From a virus: a stretch of DNA of 64,000 nucleotides. Each line of letters begins with the position of its first letter. Within the stretch, counting starts at the first letter, position 1. Below, piece by piece: positions 8,667 through 17,175 of the stretch. The translations under genes were made by a program, and so were the position numbers. The DNA lies in IMG/VR virus record IMGVR_UViG_3300037423_001503. One strand, given 5' to 3'. The notes under the pieces were generated by a model. That model did not search any database and had not been told where the DNA came from. It saw nothing but the letters and a program-made list of their open reading frames with translations.

Positions 8667-9140
8667 ATGCCCATCGACGCAGAGACCCTCATCGATCGCG
8701 AAGCTCACCGGTCGATCTCGTTGTGGCCGGACAGCCTGCACTGGCTGAGTGAACCCGACCCCGCTGACGTGATCCGCGCCTGCCGCAAGGCCGCCGCCGA
8801 CCACGACGGGCGCGATGTCTACGCCGAGCCTCTCGCCGACGTCGCCTACATCGTCACCGACGACTACAACGGCGTCACCGAGTCCCATGACCGCATCGAG
8901 TGCGTCAAGCAGCGCCTCGCCGCCCTCCGGGGCCGCCGCGAGTTCGTGGGGTTACTGCCCTACTACCCGTCCTGCAAGGGGTGGATCACATGCCGTGTCG
9001 TTGGTTGCCAGCCGCCTGATCCCGTCTACGGAAAGGACGAGAAGTATGCGCTCACCGTCCGCTATGCCAGCGATGGTGCGCTCGCCTGCTACGGCATCCC
9101 TGTCGACCAGACCCAGCCGCCTCGCTGCTACTGGGACTGA
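8667..9140 (+). CDS. Hypothetical protein
   Basis: TAGGA RBS. Confidence 0.75.
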   Translation: MPIDAETLIDREAHRSISLWPDSLHWLSEPDPADVIRACRKAAADHDGRDVYAEPLADVAYIVTDDYNGVTESHDRIECVKQRLAALRGRREFVGLLPYYPSCKGWITCRVVGCQPPDPVYGKDEKYALTVRYASDGALACYGIPVDQTQPPRCYWD

Positions 9141-9143
9141 AAC

Positions 9144-9410
9144 ATGCCAAACAACTCCATCATCTACGTCAGCGACGCCGACGGCTGGCGCGTCATCCGA
9201 CTCAACCCGCTCGACTTTCAGGTCGAGCGGCATTACGAAGACACCGATCACGTGGACTCGGCCCGGCTCAGCCTCGCCGGAACAGGACGCAACCATGTGC
9301 GGCGCCTCGACATTGTCGCGGGAACGCTTCACGATCAGTACCAAATCCCTGCCGCCGTGTACGAGGCAGTGTGGCACTCGATCACGCACGGCCTCGGCAT
9401 CAAGCTCTAG
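9144..9410 (+). CDS. Hypothetical protein
   Basis: ORF in operon. Confidence 0.75.
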   Translation: MPNNSIIYVSDADGWRVIRLNPLDFQVERHYEDTDHVDSARLSLAGTGRNHVRRLDIVAGTLHDQYQIPAAVYEAVWHSITHGLGIKL

Positions 9411-9419
9411 GAGATCAAC

Positions 9420-9953
9420 ATGTATCGCATGCAACGCCGCTACATCAGCAACCCCAACTACGAGCACGCGCTGGCCGTCTTCGCGGACGGCCTGCTCCGC
9501 AACAACGACTACGACCGTCAGCTATGCGGGGCGGTCCTCCACGGCGGCTCCGATCGGTTCGGCTCGGACGTCTTCGACATCGTCGACCCCAACGCGGTGC
9601 CGGACCAGTTCGTGCTCGGGCCGGTCTTCGTCGGCCTGGGCTCCGACACCGACTGCGACGGCACCACCTATCACGCCGTCAAGATCGTCGCAGACAACCT
9701 GCGCGACGCGCTGATCCAGGCGGACGAGTACCCGCACGTCTACAAGGTCATCACGCTTCGCGAGGCTGACGATGACGACATCTGGGAGGACGGCCGGAAG
9801 CCAGGCTGGGACGAGCGCGCCTACTTCCTCCAGGAGGGCTACGCCTCGTTGGGCGCGGATTGGAACCCGTGGGTCTACGACGACTCGTTGGGCACCGTGC
9901 TCGACCACACCAACGACGATCCCGTCATCCGCGACGACGATCTCGTCTACTGA
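9420..9953 (+). CDS. Acidic hypothetical protein
   Basis: TAGGAG RBS. Confidence 0.8.
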   Translation: MYRMQRRYISNPNYEHALAVFADGLLRNNDYDRQLCGAVLHGGSDRFGSDVFDIVDPNAVPDQFVLGPVFVGLGSDTDCDGTTYHAVKIVADNLRDALIQADEYPHVYKVITLREADDDDIWEDGRKPGWDERAYFLQEGYASLGADWNPWVYDDSLGTVLDHTNDDPVIRDDDLVY

Positions 9954-9966
9954 GAGGAGCTATCCA

Positions 9967-10173
9967 ATGGACAACAGGTACATCATCTTCATGGTCAGCA
10001 CGCGACTGACCAACGACCGCAGCGACATCGCGCTCGTCAAAGCGATTGACCGCGAGGAGGCCAAGCGCCTTGCGTTCCCCTATCTGGGGCAGCACGCCGA
10101 CAACTATGAGGTGACGCCGCTGACGCGCCCCAACGACCTCGTCACCGTCGACATCCCCAACAAGATCAACTAG
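9967..10173 (+). CDS. Hypothetical protein
   Basis: GAGGAGCTATCC-A-ATG. Confidence 0.75.
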   Translation: MDNRYIIFMVSTRLTNDRSDIALVKAIDREEAKRLAFPYLGQHADNYEVTPLTRPNDLVTVDIPNKIN

Positions 10174-10182
10174 GACATCAAC

Positions 10183-10545
10183 ATGTACAACGCATTCGTC
10201 ATCTACGACGACCGAGTCGAAGAGGTCGAGCTTCCCGAGCGCGGTACCTTGGAGGCGCTTCAGGGCATCGTCGGCGGTCACATCGAGGCCGTGCCGGTCC
10301 CGCCGTTCCTGAACGGCGCGCCGCGCGCTACCTGCTATGTCAACGAAGACGGCAAGTACGCCTGCGCGCCCAACATGGCCGCCACGGACTTCATGGTGCC
10401 CGGCATGGGGCTCTTCATGGGGGACTACATCGCCGGTCCGCTCGTCATCGTCGGCTTCGATCCCGAGACCGGCGAGCACACACCGACGCTGCCCGGCGAC
10501 GTCGTGCGCCGCATCAACGTCATCAACAAGGAGGCGTTCGGATGA
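10183..10545 (+). CDS. DUF3846-domain protein
   Basis: LEALQGIVGGHIEAV...VNEDGK...N..AT...IAGPLVIVG. Confidence 0.8.
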   Translation: MYNAFVIYDDRVEEVELPERGTLEALQGIVGGHIEAVPVPPFLNGAPRATCYVNEDGKYACAPNMAATDFMVPGMGLFMGDYIAGPLVIVGFDPETGEHTPTLPGDVVRRINVINKEAFG

Positions 10546-10829
10546 GCCTCAGTGGGGGCGTCGAGCGGCGAATCACGCTGCTCGACGTGTTGTTCAAGCG
10601 TCACCTGTCCGAGCAGGAGGTGAAGCTGCTGCCGGGATGGTCGCTGCGCGTGACCGTCGGTCCGATCGAGATGTGTCTCGATGACCTCGGTTGGCACAAG
10701 TGGCGCTGGGACATTGGTCCCGGATTCGCGCTTTGGGCGTGTGGCTTCGTCTTCGAAATCGCGCCTTCTGGGGAGACGTTCGAGCGCATCTATGTCGGCG
10801 ACGCGGAAGCTTTGGATCCGAGACGATGA
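10542..10829 (+). CDS. Hypothetical protein
   Basis: GGAGG RBS, ATGA overlap. Confidence 0.7.
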   Translation: MSLSGGVERRITLLDVLFKRHLSEQEVKLLPGWSLRVTVGPIEMCLDDLGWHKWRWDIGPGFALWACGFVFEIAPSGETFERIYVGDAEALDPRR

Positions 10830-11122
10830 AGACCTACAACTACAGACCTGTCGTCCTCATCTACATCTCAGGCGACGCCTACGGCGGTGAGCCCCATGCA
10901 TGGCCCGGCACCGGCGACCCCATCGTTGTCGTCTATGACGGCGGCCGGTACGACAAGTACAACTCCAACCCAGGCGACAACCCGCTCGACGACTACGCGC
11001 ATGCGCTCCGGCTGCTGCGAGGTCGCGCCGCTGGGCGGATGTTGCGTTCTTGGTGCGAGGGCGACGCAGAGTTCCTGAGCGAACGCTACGAAGAAGAGGA
11101 CTACAGCTATGAACCGTCTTGA
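10826..11122 (+). CDS. Hypothetical protein
   Basis: ATGA overlap. Confidence 0.7.
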   Translation: MKTYNYRPVVLIYISGDAYGGEPHAWPGTGDPIVVVYDGGRYDKYNSNPGDNPLDDYAHALRLLRGRAAGRMLRSWCEGDAEFLSERYEEEDYSYEPS

Positions 11123-11267
11123 CCTACTGGCGTTGACGTTCGTCGCGCCGTCGCACCCGTGCGTCGGCCGGATCGTCGTCAGCGACATGAACAACGTTTC
11201 GTTCATCCTGGCCGTCGCGGCCGGGCACTACCACGACACCGAAGGAGAGACCCAGAATGGCCGTTGA
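11109..11267 (+). CDS. Hypothetical protein
   Basis: GAGGA RBS; bridges neighbouring genes. Confidence 0.5.
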   Translation: MNRLDLLALTFVAPSHPCVGRIVVSDMNNVSFILAVAAGHYHDTEGETQNGR

Positions 11268-11517
11268 GTACGAAGACGATAAGAAGATCCTCCTCGTCGA
11301 GGACACCAAGACGCAACTCATCGATGCGCTGGCCGACCTGATGCTGATCCATGGCGGCGACGGCTCGAAGGTACACGACGAGATTGAGCGTGCCTGGTCG
11401 TCAGCCCATGGTCACTACGAGGCCGAGAAGGACGGCGACTCCGAGGGGTACCAGATCAGGGTTGCCGCCCAGGACGGCAGCCGCTCGGTTCCACTGCGCG
11501 AGTGGGTGACGCGATGA
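11257..11517 (+). CDS. Hypothetical protein
   Basis: AAGGAG RBS. Confidence 0.75.
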   Translation: MAVEYEDDKKILLVEDTKTQLIDALADLMLIHGGDGSKVHDEIERAWSSAHGHYEAEKDGDSEGYQIRVAAQDGSRSVPLREWVTR

Positions 11518-11873
11518 CCGGCCGACAGATCGGTACCGTCGAAATCCTGCGCTCCAGGGTCTACAACATCGACCCCAACGACGACCTCTCGCCTGAGGTC
11601 GTGGTCGAGCCTCAGGTGTGTCCGGTCTACGAGGACGGCGACGTCGTCTACTGGACCATGGAGGGCAACCTCAACGAGCGCCTGCCTCCGCAGATCGAGA
11701 CGCTGTGGCCGGGAACGTTCGCCATCAAGGCCGCTGGCGACTCCCCCACCGGCGCCCGTGTAGGGTTTGAGTCGCAGCGGTTCGGACCCGCGGCGTTCCT
11801 GGACCTAATGGCGCATCCGGTGGCGCGCGACGGACATTCCGAGCAGCGCCTGCGCTTCAACATCAACAACTGA
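11514..11873 (+). CDS. Hypothetical protein
   Basis: ATGA overlap. Confidence 0.75.
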   Translation: MTGRQIGTVEILRSRVYNIDPNDDLSPEVVVEPQVCPVYEDGDVVYWTMEGNLNERLPPQIETLWPGTFAIKAAGDSPTGARVGFESQRFGPAAFLDLMAHPVARDGHSEQRLRFNINN

Positions 11874-11885
11874 AAGGGCATCAAG

Positions 11886-12083
11886 ATGAGCAGACGAGTG
11901 CGCATCGAGGTCACCGAGTTCTACAACATCGAGATCGGTGACGAAAACGACGGCACCGACGCTGTCCTGGAACTCGACGAGATGGACTCCGACGACCGCG
12001 CCGCGCTCTATCAGGAGCGCACGATCAAGGTCTTCGACGACAGCACTGGCGAAGAGTTGCCGGTCGATCGGACGGTCGTCTGA
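11886..12083 (+). CDS. Small acidic protein
   Basis: AAAGGG RBS. Confidence 0.75.
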   Translation: MSRRVRIEVTEFYNIEIGDENDGTDAVLELDEMDSDDRAALYQERTIKVFDDSTGEELPVDRTVV

Positions 12084-12277
12084 TGGCGACCAAGTACGAT
12101 GCCTACGTAGAGGCCATCAACCGCGCCGACGAGGCCATGCAGGAAGCGCTGCGTGTCCTGCCGCCCGACGCAAGCGAGCTATCCGTGCTGGTCACGAACG
12201 GAACGTTCCGTGACGTCCGCGCGACGCTCACGATGGCCTACGGGCTTCAGAGTGAGGCCCAGGATGGGGCTCGCTGA
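12083..12277 (+). CDS. Hypothetical protein
   Basis: TGATG coupling. Confidence 0.7.
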   Translation: MATKYDAYVEAINRADEAMQEALRVLPPDASELSVLVTNGTFRDVRATLTMAYGLQSEAQDGAR

Positions 12278-12452
12278 CATCGCCGCCCTCCTGGCGGCGT
12301 ACGAGAACGAGGAACTCAACTACGACGAGGAGGTCGCGTTGTTCCAGCAGTTGCTCGACACAGGTGTGATCACGCACCTCCAGGGCGCCTATCACAGGCG
12401 CATGAATCAGTTGATCGAGGACGGTGAGGTCAGTGTCGCAGGACAGACCTAA
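12264..12452 (+). CDS. DUF7417-like small phage protein
   Basis: YE.EL....VALFQQLLDTG...LQGAY.R. Confidence 0.65.
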   Translation: MGLADIAALLAAYENEELNYDEEVALFQQLLDTGVITHLQGAYHRRMNQLIEDGEVSVAGQT

Positions 12453-12762
12453 GGCCGTCGCGTGGATCGAGACGCCGATCGACAACATCAAGTACACCAT
12501 CAGGGGGATCGACCGCAATGACGGCGCTCCTCTAGGCGGGGTCTACGTCGAGCGCGAGACCGACGGCGGCGTCGACCAGGCGCAGGTCGAGGTAACCCAG
12601 TGGGGACAGACGCTGCGCTTGGACTTCATCCAAGGCTGGCTCAGCGAGAGCATCATCGACGCTGACGACGAACACGACCGGCGATGGAGCCAGCGGCCGG
12701 TTGGTCTGTGGGCGCTGATCTGGCGGACCTGGATGGAATCGCTCATCACACGAAAGGACTAA
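12433..12762 (+). CDS. Hypothetical protein
   Basis: GTGAGG RBS, GTG start. Confidence 0.65.
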   Translation: MSQDRPKAVAWIETPIDNIKYTIRGIDRNDGAPLGGVYVERETDGGVDQAQVEVTQWGQTLRLDFIQGWLSESIIDADDEHDRRWSQRPVGLWALIWRTWMESLITRKD

Positions 12763-12765
12763 CCA

Positions 12766-13125
12766 ATGATCAACGAGATAATCGAGGTCGAGCGGCTGAG
12801 TCGCTCTGTCCCCTACCGCGGCAACTACCGGGGAGGCATCCTCACGGTGGTCGACCGCGCTCAGTTCCGCCGAACGCCGGACGAGCGCAACTGGGCGGTC
12901 GACTCGCCTGAGTACGAGCAATGGATGAACATGCGCAAGCTGAGGGTGCTCGAACTCTGCCGCGCCGTCTTTGGCGGCTTCGTTCCTGACGAAGAGCGCG
13001 GGGACGACATGGATGGGTTCTACGCGACGCGCCTGTCCGAGTTCGGGCTGCTCTCGATTCGCCGCACCGAACGCGGCGTCGAGGAGCGGTGGCGCTACGA
13101 AACACTCGAACCCTACACGGACTGA
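12766..13125 (+). CDS. Hypothetical protein
   Basis: AAAGGA RBS. Confidence 0.75.
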   Translation: MINEIIEVERLSRSVPYRGNYRGGILTVVDRAQFRRTPDERNWAVDSPEYEQWMNMRKLRVLELCRAVFGGFVPDEERGDDMDGFYATRLSEFGLLSIRRTERGVEERWRYETLEPYTD

Positions 13126-13310
13126 TGCTCGTCATCGTTGGCGTCGTCTGTTCCTTCGTAGCGTTCCTCTCCGGCTTCGCCGCCGCGGCGCTATTCGAGT
13201 CATCGACGAAGTGTGAGGACCGCGCAGGCAGCGCACTGCTGGCCCTTGCGGGCGTGATGGCCGCCGCGACTACGGCGGGGTGGATCTACGCGGCGTCGCT
13301 GTGCTTCTGA
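13125..13310 (+). CDS. Small two-TM membrane protein
   Basis: TGATG coupling; two hydrophobic segments. Confidence 0.65.
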   Translation: MLVIVGVVCSFVAFLSGFAAAALFESSTKCEDRAGSALLALAGVMAAATTAGWIYAASLCF

Positions 13311-13314
13311 TCGC

Positions 13315-13343
13315 TTGACGTAAACCAACGAAAGGAATAAGGT
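13315..13343 (+). promoter_or_regulatory. Sigma70/SigA-type promoter (likely leaderless)
   Basis: TTGACG-N17-TAAGGT-N7-ATG. Confidence 0.6.
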
Positions 13344-13350
13344 GCTCACC

Positions 13351-13674
13351 ATGTCATCCGTGTCTTGGACCCTCATCTCAGAACTCCCTGACGGCCATCG
13401 CGTGTTCGAGTTCAACCGAACCGGCCGATACGCGATCGTCGACCGCTCGGGCTATTCGCCCGATCAATCCGACGACGGCCGGCTGTGGCTCAACTTCAAC
13501 GAACCGATCCTGCTGGGCGGCCACGAAACGGTCGTGCCGGTCAAGAACAGTGGCGGCTCACCCTATGGTGTGTTCGTCGATCCGCCGACCGCGATCGCCC
13601 TAAGCGAGCGCTTCGATTGGGCGCTCAACGTGCGCGGTATCCCGTTCAAGGTGGTGCGTGACAATGAGCGATAA
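13351..13674 (+). CDS. Hypothetical protein
   Basis: ATG 7 nt after the -10 box. Confidence 0.75.
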   Translation: MSSVSWTLISELPDGHRVFEFNRTGRYAIVDRSGYSPDQSDDGRLWLNFNEPILLGGHETVVPVKNSGGSPYGVFVDPPTAIALSERFDWALNVRGIPFKVVRDNER

Positions 13675-13837
13675 TCACGCCATCAATCAGGTCGCCCTGG
13701 CGCTGCGCGCGGCGTGTCGCGCGCATCCTGATCAGCGGGTGATGCAGGTGTTGGTCAACGCGTGCGGCGTCGATCCGTTCTACCTCGAAGATGACGAAGC
13801 GCGAGCGAGACTGCACGCCTATGCCAAACGATCCTAG
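13664..13837 (+). CDS. Small conserved phage protein (PDQR..Q...DPFY.EDD type)
   Basis: HPDQRVMQVLVN...DPFYLEDD. Confidence 0.65.
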   Translation: MSDNHAINQVALALRAACRAHPDQRVMQVLVNACGVDPFYLEDDEARARLHAYAKRS

Positions 13838-13847
13838 GGAGCTATCC

Positions 13848-14264
13848 ATGCTGATGGAGTTCGAGCTTCGTCTGTCCGGCTACTACGGGGACTCGCCCGC
13901 AGAGGGCGGCGGCTTCGAAGGCTACCGCGAGATCAGTTCGGCGCGGTTCGCGGTGCTTCGCTACGACCACGGCAACACTGATGCCTCGGTCTCGGCCGAG
14001 GCCTGGCACACGGAGGTTGAGGCCGTCCGAGCGATCGACGAGTTCATCGCCGACTGGGTCACGGCCGAGCGCTTCGAGTGCTACACCGTCGTGGAGACCG
14101 AGCGGCAGCGATCGTTCTTCCGCTATGAGCTTCTACGCGCGCTCGACGAGGCTGTGCGCGCAGGCCTTGACGCCAAAGATGTGCCGTACGCGTACTCGAT
14201 GACCGATGAGACGGCATTCGTGTACAACCTGCGCCTCTACAACAACACCAACCTGGAGACCTAG
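13848..14264 (+). CDS. Hypothetical protein
   Basis: TAGGGAGCTATCC-ATG. Confidence 0.8.
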   Translation: MLMEFELRLSGYYGDSPAEGGGFEGYREISSARFAVLRYDHGNTDASVSAEAWHTEVEAVRAIDEFIADWVTAERFECYTVVETERQRSFFRYELLRALDEAVRAGLDAKDVPYAYSMTDETAFVYNLRLYNNTNLET

Positions 14265-14441
14265 ATGCCAACCAACGATCTCACCGCGCTGCGGGAGTGT
14301 GTTCGCGGCGCGCTCAACAAGTACAAGCAGGCGCTGAAGGACGCGTCCGTAACGACCACCGACGACGCCGTGCACCTCAACCTCGAAATCTCGATCGCCC
14401 AGGTGAGCGCCGCCAAGCGCGTGCTCCATATGGACGACTGA
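14265..14441 (+). CDS. Hypothetical protein
   Basis: GGAG RBS, TAG-ATG junction. Confidence 0.65.
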   Translation: MPTNDLTALRECVRGALNKYKQALKDASVTTTDDAVHLNLEISIAQVSAAKRVLHMDD

Positions 14442-14451
14442 AAGGAACACC

Positions 14452-14976
14452 ATGACCAACGACACCATCAACGAGGCCATCAACATCCTCAACAAGATGG
14501 CCATCATCGTACGCAACGACATGCTCACACGGGGCCAGTACGTGTCCACCACGATTGATCTCGAACTGCGCGACAAGGGCGCAATCTGCGGCGGCCACAA
14601 GGCCTGCGCCGTAGGGTCGCTGTATCTCGCAGGCGGCATCAAGCCACACGAGGTCTATCCCGGCAAGAGCTACAACTACTTTGTGCTCCAGGGCGTCGAT
14701 CGTCATGAGCGCGCAGAGTTCCTCGCTGAACGCCCCGCGCTGCGCGCGGCGTACGACGCACTCAACGAGGCCGCCAAGCGTTTCATCGATCGCCACAATC
14801 TCGATCTCTTCGACGGGGAACGGTTCGAGATCGGCGGCCTAACTCAGACGAACGGCTGGATGGAATTGCTGTTCGAGGCCGCCGACATCGATGGTCACGT
14901 ACTCGACGCACAGGTCGAGCTTCCCAAGATCATCAACAACGCGAAGCGTGCGCTTCGCCGATCCATCAGCAAGTAG
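14452..14976 (+). CDS. Hypothetical protein
   Basis: AAAGGA RBS; C...ACAVGSL. Confidence 0.8.
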   Translation: MTNDTINEAINILNKMAIIVRNDMLTRGQYVSTTIDLELRDKGAICGGHKACAVGSLYLAGGIKPHEVYPGKSYNYFVLQGVDRHERAEFLAERPALRAAYDALNEAAKRFIDRHNLDLFDGERFEIGGLTQTNGWMELLFEAADIDGHVLDAQVELPKIINNAKRALRRSISK

Positions 14977-14988
14977 AAAGGAACCCCA

Positions 14989-15309
14989 ATGTCCCAGAAG
15001 ATCAAGAACAACAAGTCGCACCGTCCCGGCCAGCCCAACCCCTACGTGGAGCGCAGCCTCGACATCCTGACCCGCCTGTGCGCGGCCAACACCCCGCAGA
15101 CGCGCGCCGCGCTCGGGCTGTCGCAGTTCCGCGCCGAGGGCATGCTGGAGAACAAGCTCATCAAGCGCGTCGCGGTGCGCTACACGGGCACCGCGGGTCG
15201 GCCGGCGTACCTGTACGAGCCGACGGCGAAGGCCCGCCGGGCGGTTGAGGACCGGCTGCGCTCGGGCCGCATCGTGCGCCGTGGCCGCAGGCTGGTGGTG
15301 GCGAAGTGA
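14989..15309 (+). CDS. Basic winged-HTH-like DNA-binding protein
   Basis: LIKRV...GRPAYLYEPT wing motif; very high GC3. Confidence 0.6.
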   Translation: MSQKIKNNKSHRPGQPNPYVERSLDILTRLCAANTPQTRAALGLSQFRAEGMLENKLIKRVAVRYTGTAGRPAYLYEPTAKARRAVEDRLRSGRIVRRGRRLVVAK

Positions 15310-15476
15310 ACGTCGACTCGGAGTCCGCTCGTCGAATCAGGGCGATCGTCGAGTCCCTGCACGAGATCGCCTATACGTACGAGGAGTGCGGAATGGCGAA
15401 CGAGTGTGATGAGATCAACGCCGCCGCCGATCAGGTCAGGCGCCTGCAAAGCCTGCCCGACACCGACGACGACTGA
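15306..15476 (+). CDS. Hypothetical protein
   Basis: GTGA overlap. Confidence 0.6.
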   Translation: MNVDSESARRIRAIVESLHEIAYTYEECGMANECDEINAAADQVRRLQSLPDTDDD

Positions 15477-15489
15477 GGGGAGCTATCCA

Positions 15490-15852
15490 ATGAAGGTCTA
15501 CAACTACAAGGATGGTGTTCGGCGCGCCGTTGTGCGCGTCGAGCACCACATCGATTTCAACTGGCTCGTCTGGACCGCAGCCAACCTCATCGATGGCGTC
15601 GTCGACGCTGGCGACGAGGATGTGGTCGAGCAGGTCGAGGAGGCCGCCGCGGAGTTGACACGCCGTGATGTCGAGCGACGGCTTCGGAGTAACCTCGCCC
15701 TGGACGGCGAGGGATGGATCGACTTCCAGGACGAGCGAATCAGCCTCGCTGCCGAGACCTGGGACGGCCACTTCGACTACAACGAGGAGATCGTGCCACT
15801 ATTGGTGGCGCGCCTCAAGACCCTGTTCCCCGAGTTCAAGGAGCCCACATGA
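15490..15852 (+). CDS. Acidic hypothetical protein
   Basis: GGGGAGCTATCC-A-ATG. Confidence 0.8.
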   Translation: MKVYNYKDGVRRAVVRVEHHIDFNWLVWTAANLIDGVVDAGDEDVVEQVEEAAAELTRRDVERRLRSNLALDGEGWIDFQDERISLAAETWDGHFDYNEEIVPLLVARLKTLFPEFKEPT

Positions 15853-16217
15853 GGCATTTGCTGTTGTTGATGCTCTTGCTGGCCGGGATGTGCCCGGAGT
15901 CAGCACGCGCCGACCATCGCGTCGATCCTCGCGCGCCGGGCGCGGCGGCGGCGGTGGATCGCTACGCGCACCAGTTGGCGATCGATGAGACCTCGAACGG
16001 CGTCATCGTCACATACACCGGCGTTCGGCGGTACCCGCATTCGCACTTCGCGCTGAGCTTCGCACAGACGCGGAAGAACCAGGTCAACGACGTCGTAGTG
16101 CCGGTGGTGGCACACCAGTGCCCAGGTCCATACTACGTTGTCCATCTTATCGGTGAGCGCGTTGACTGCATTTGGCGCTTCACCGACGTGATTCCTGCGG
16201 GAACGGAGTGGCCATGA
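15849..16217 (+). CDS. Putative secreted protein
   Basis: Signal peptide MRHLLLLMLLLAG..ARA. Confidence 0.7.
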   Translation: MRHLLLLMLLLAGMCPESARADHRVDPRAPGAAAAVDRYAHQLAIDETSNGVIVTYTGVRRYPHSHFALSFAQTRKNQVNDVVVPVVAHQCPGPYYVVHLIGERVDCIWRFTDVIPAGTEWP

Positions 16218-16564
16218 GGCGTTCACTGTTGTGCTTGTTGTTGCTGGTCGGTGCGCTTTTCTGCTTCGGGATGGCGTATGCGATCTACGAGCGCGGCCAG
16301 CGCACCGTGGTCTCTGTCAGCACCGGCGAGCGCGTCACTAGGATCCCGCAGCTTCACAGTGCCGCGTACTGCGACTTCATGTTCAACCCGCGTATGCCTC
16401 CTCAGGTCCACGGCACGATCCGGGCGGGCGTCGGTACGATTCGCACGTTCGCTCAGCAGGTGCTGTGTTTCGAAACGGCCAAGGAGCAGGCGCTGGTGCG
16501 GCCCCAAATGACGCGGATGTGCCGTCAGGAGCACTTGGTGTGCTGGCAGAAAAGGATCCGATGA
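16214..16564 (+). CDS. N-terminally anchored membrane protein
   Basis: MRRSLLCLLLLVGALFCFGMAY. Confidence 0.65.
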   Translation: MRRSLLCLLLLVGALFCFGMAYAIYERGQRTVVSVSTGERVTRIPQLHSAAYCDFMFNPRMPPQVHGTIRAGVGTIRTFAQQVLCFETAKEQALVRPQMTRMCRQEHLVCWQKRIR

Positions 16565-16818
16565 CAGACACGAAGCGGTTCGTCGTAGTGCCTAACCACA
16601 TCTGCGGACCGGCCGTGATCAGACACGGCAACCTCGTCGATACGTGCCCGACGGTTGAATCGGCGCAACGGATCGCCGACGTCCTGAACGCGCTCATCGT
16701 GGATGCCGACGCGTTGACATTCTCATACGCGATTCCTGAGTTGAACAAGCTCAGGGACCAGGAGAAGGATCGCGTCATTCGCTTCATGGGTAAGTACATC
16801 GGAGCGCACTGCCGATAA
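16561..16818 (+). CDS. Hypothetical protein
   Basis: AAAGGA RBS, ATGA overlap. Confidence 0.7.
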   Translation: MTDTKRFVVVPNHICGPAVIRHGNLVDTCPTVESAQRIADVLNALIVDADALTFSYAIPELNKLRDQEKDRVIRFMGKYIGAHCR

Positions 16819-16821
16819 TCG

Positions 16822-16856
16822 CGGCCCGGTCCTCGCCGACCGGGTCGTTTTTATTT
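16822..16856 (+). terminator. Intrinsic terminator
   Basis: GCGGCCCGGTC-loop-GACCGGGTCGT followed by TTTTATTT. Confidence 0.8.
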
Positions 16857-16866
16857 ACAGTAATTT

Positions 16867-16912
16867 TGTCAAGTACTATAACTTGACATCTCTGCGGAGG
16901 GTTTGCTAGGTT
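16867..16912 (+). promoter_or_regulatory. SigA-type promoter with an inverted-repeat operator over the -35 box
   Basis: TTGACA(16883)-N18-TAGGTT(16907); TGTCAAG-N8-CTTGACA palindrome. Confidence 0.7.
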
Positions 16913-16918
16913 CGTGGA

Positions 16919-17020
16919 GAACACGCGGCCGGTCCTTTGGCCCGCTCGGCCGCCGTGGACACCAGCGGCCCGGAGGTTCCGCATAAGGGGATAGGCATGC
17001 GGGGCCTCCGGGTAGTAATT
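16919..17020 (+). ncRNA. Candidate small RNA or structured leader (two hairpins)
   Basis: 16-bp stem 16969-16984/16997-17012 with loop AAGGGGATAGGC, directly downstream of the promoter. Confidence 0.4.
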
Positions 17021-17175
17021 CCAGCCATGCGCCGTGTCATCTTGCTTCTAGCCTTGCGCCCAATGGGCGCCCCTACGTGGGGTCTCGGGGAACGCCACGC
17101 CCACTACGAGACCGCCGAGCGCGCCTACAGGGCGCGCAGGACCCGCCTGCATGCGGGCCGACCTCTGCACCCACG

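Noticed and set aside
1593-9965. GAGCTATCC repeats as a CRISPR array or integron attC array
   Set aside because: The repeat is only 9-12 nt, spacing is irregular, the intervals are whole genes, and no cas or integrase gene is present in the window.
16844-16872. Divergent minus-strand promoter from TGTCAA
   Set aside because: No acceptable -10 at 16-18 nt spacing, and no minus-strand gene to drive.
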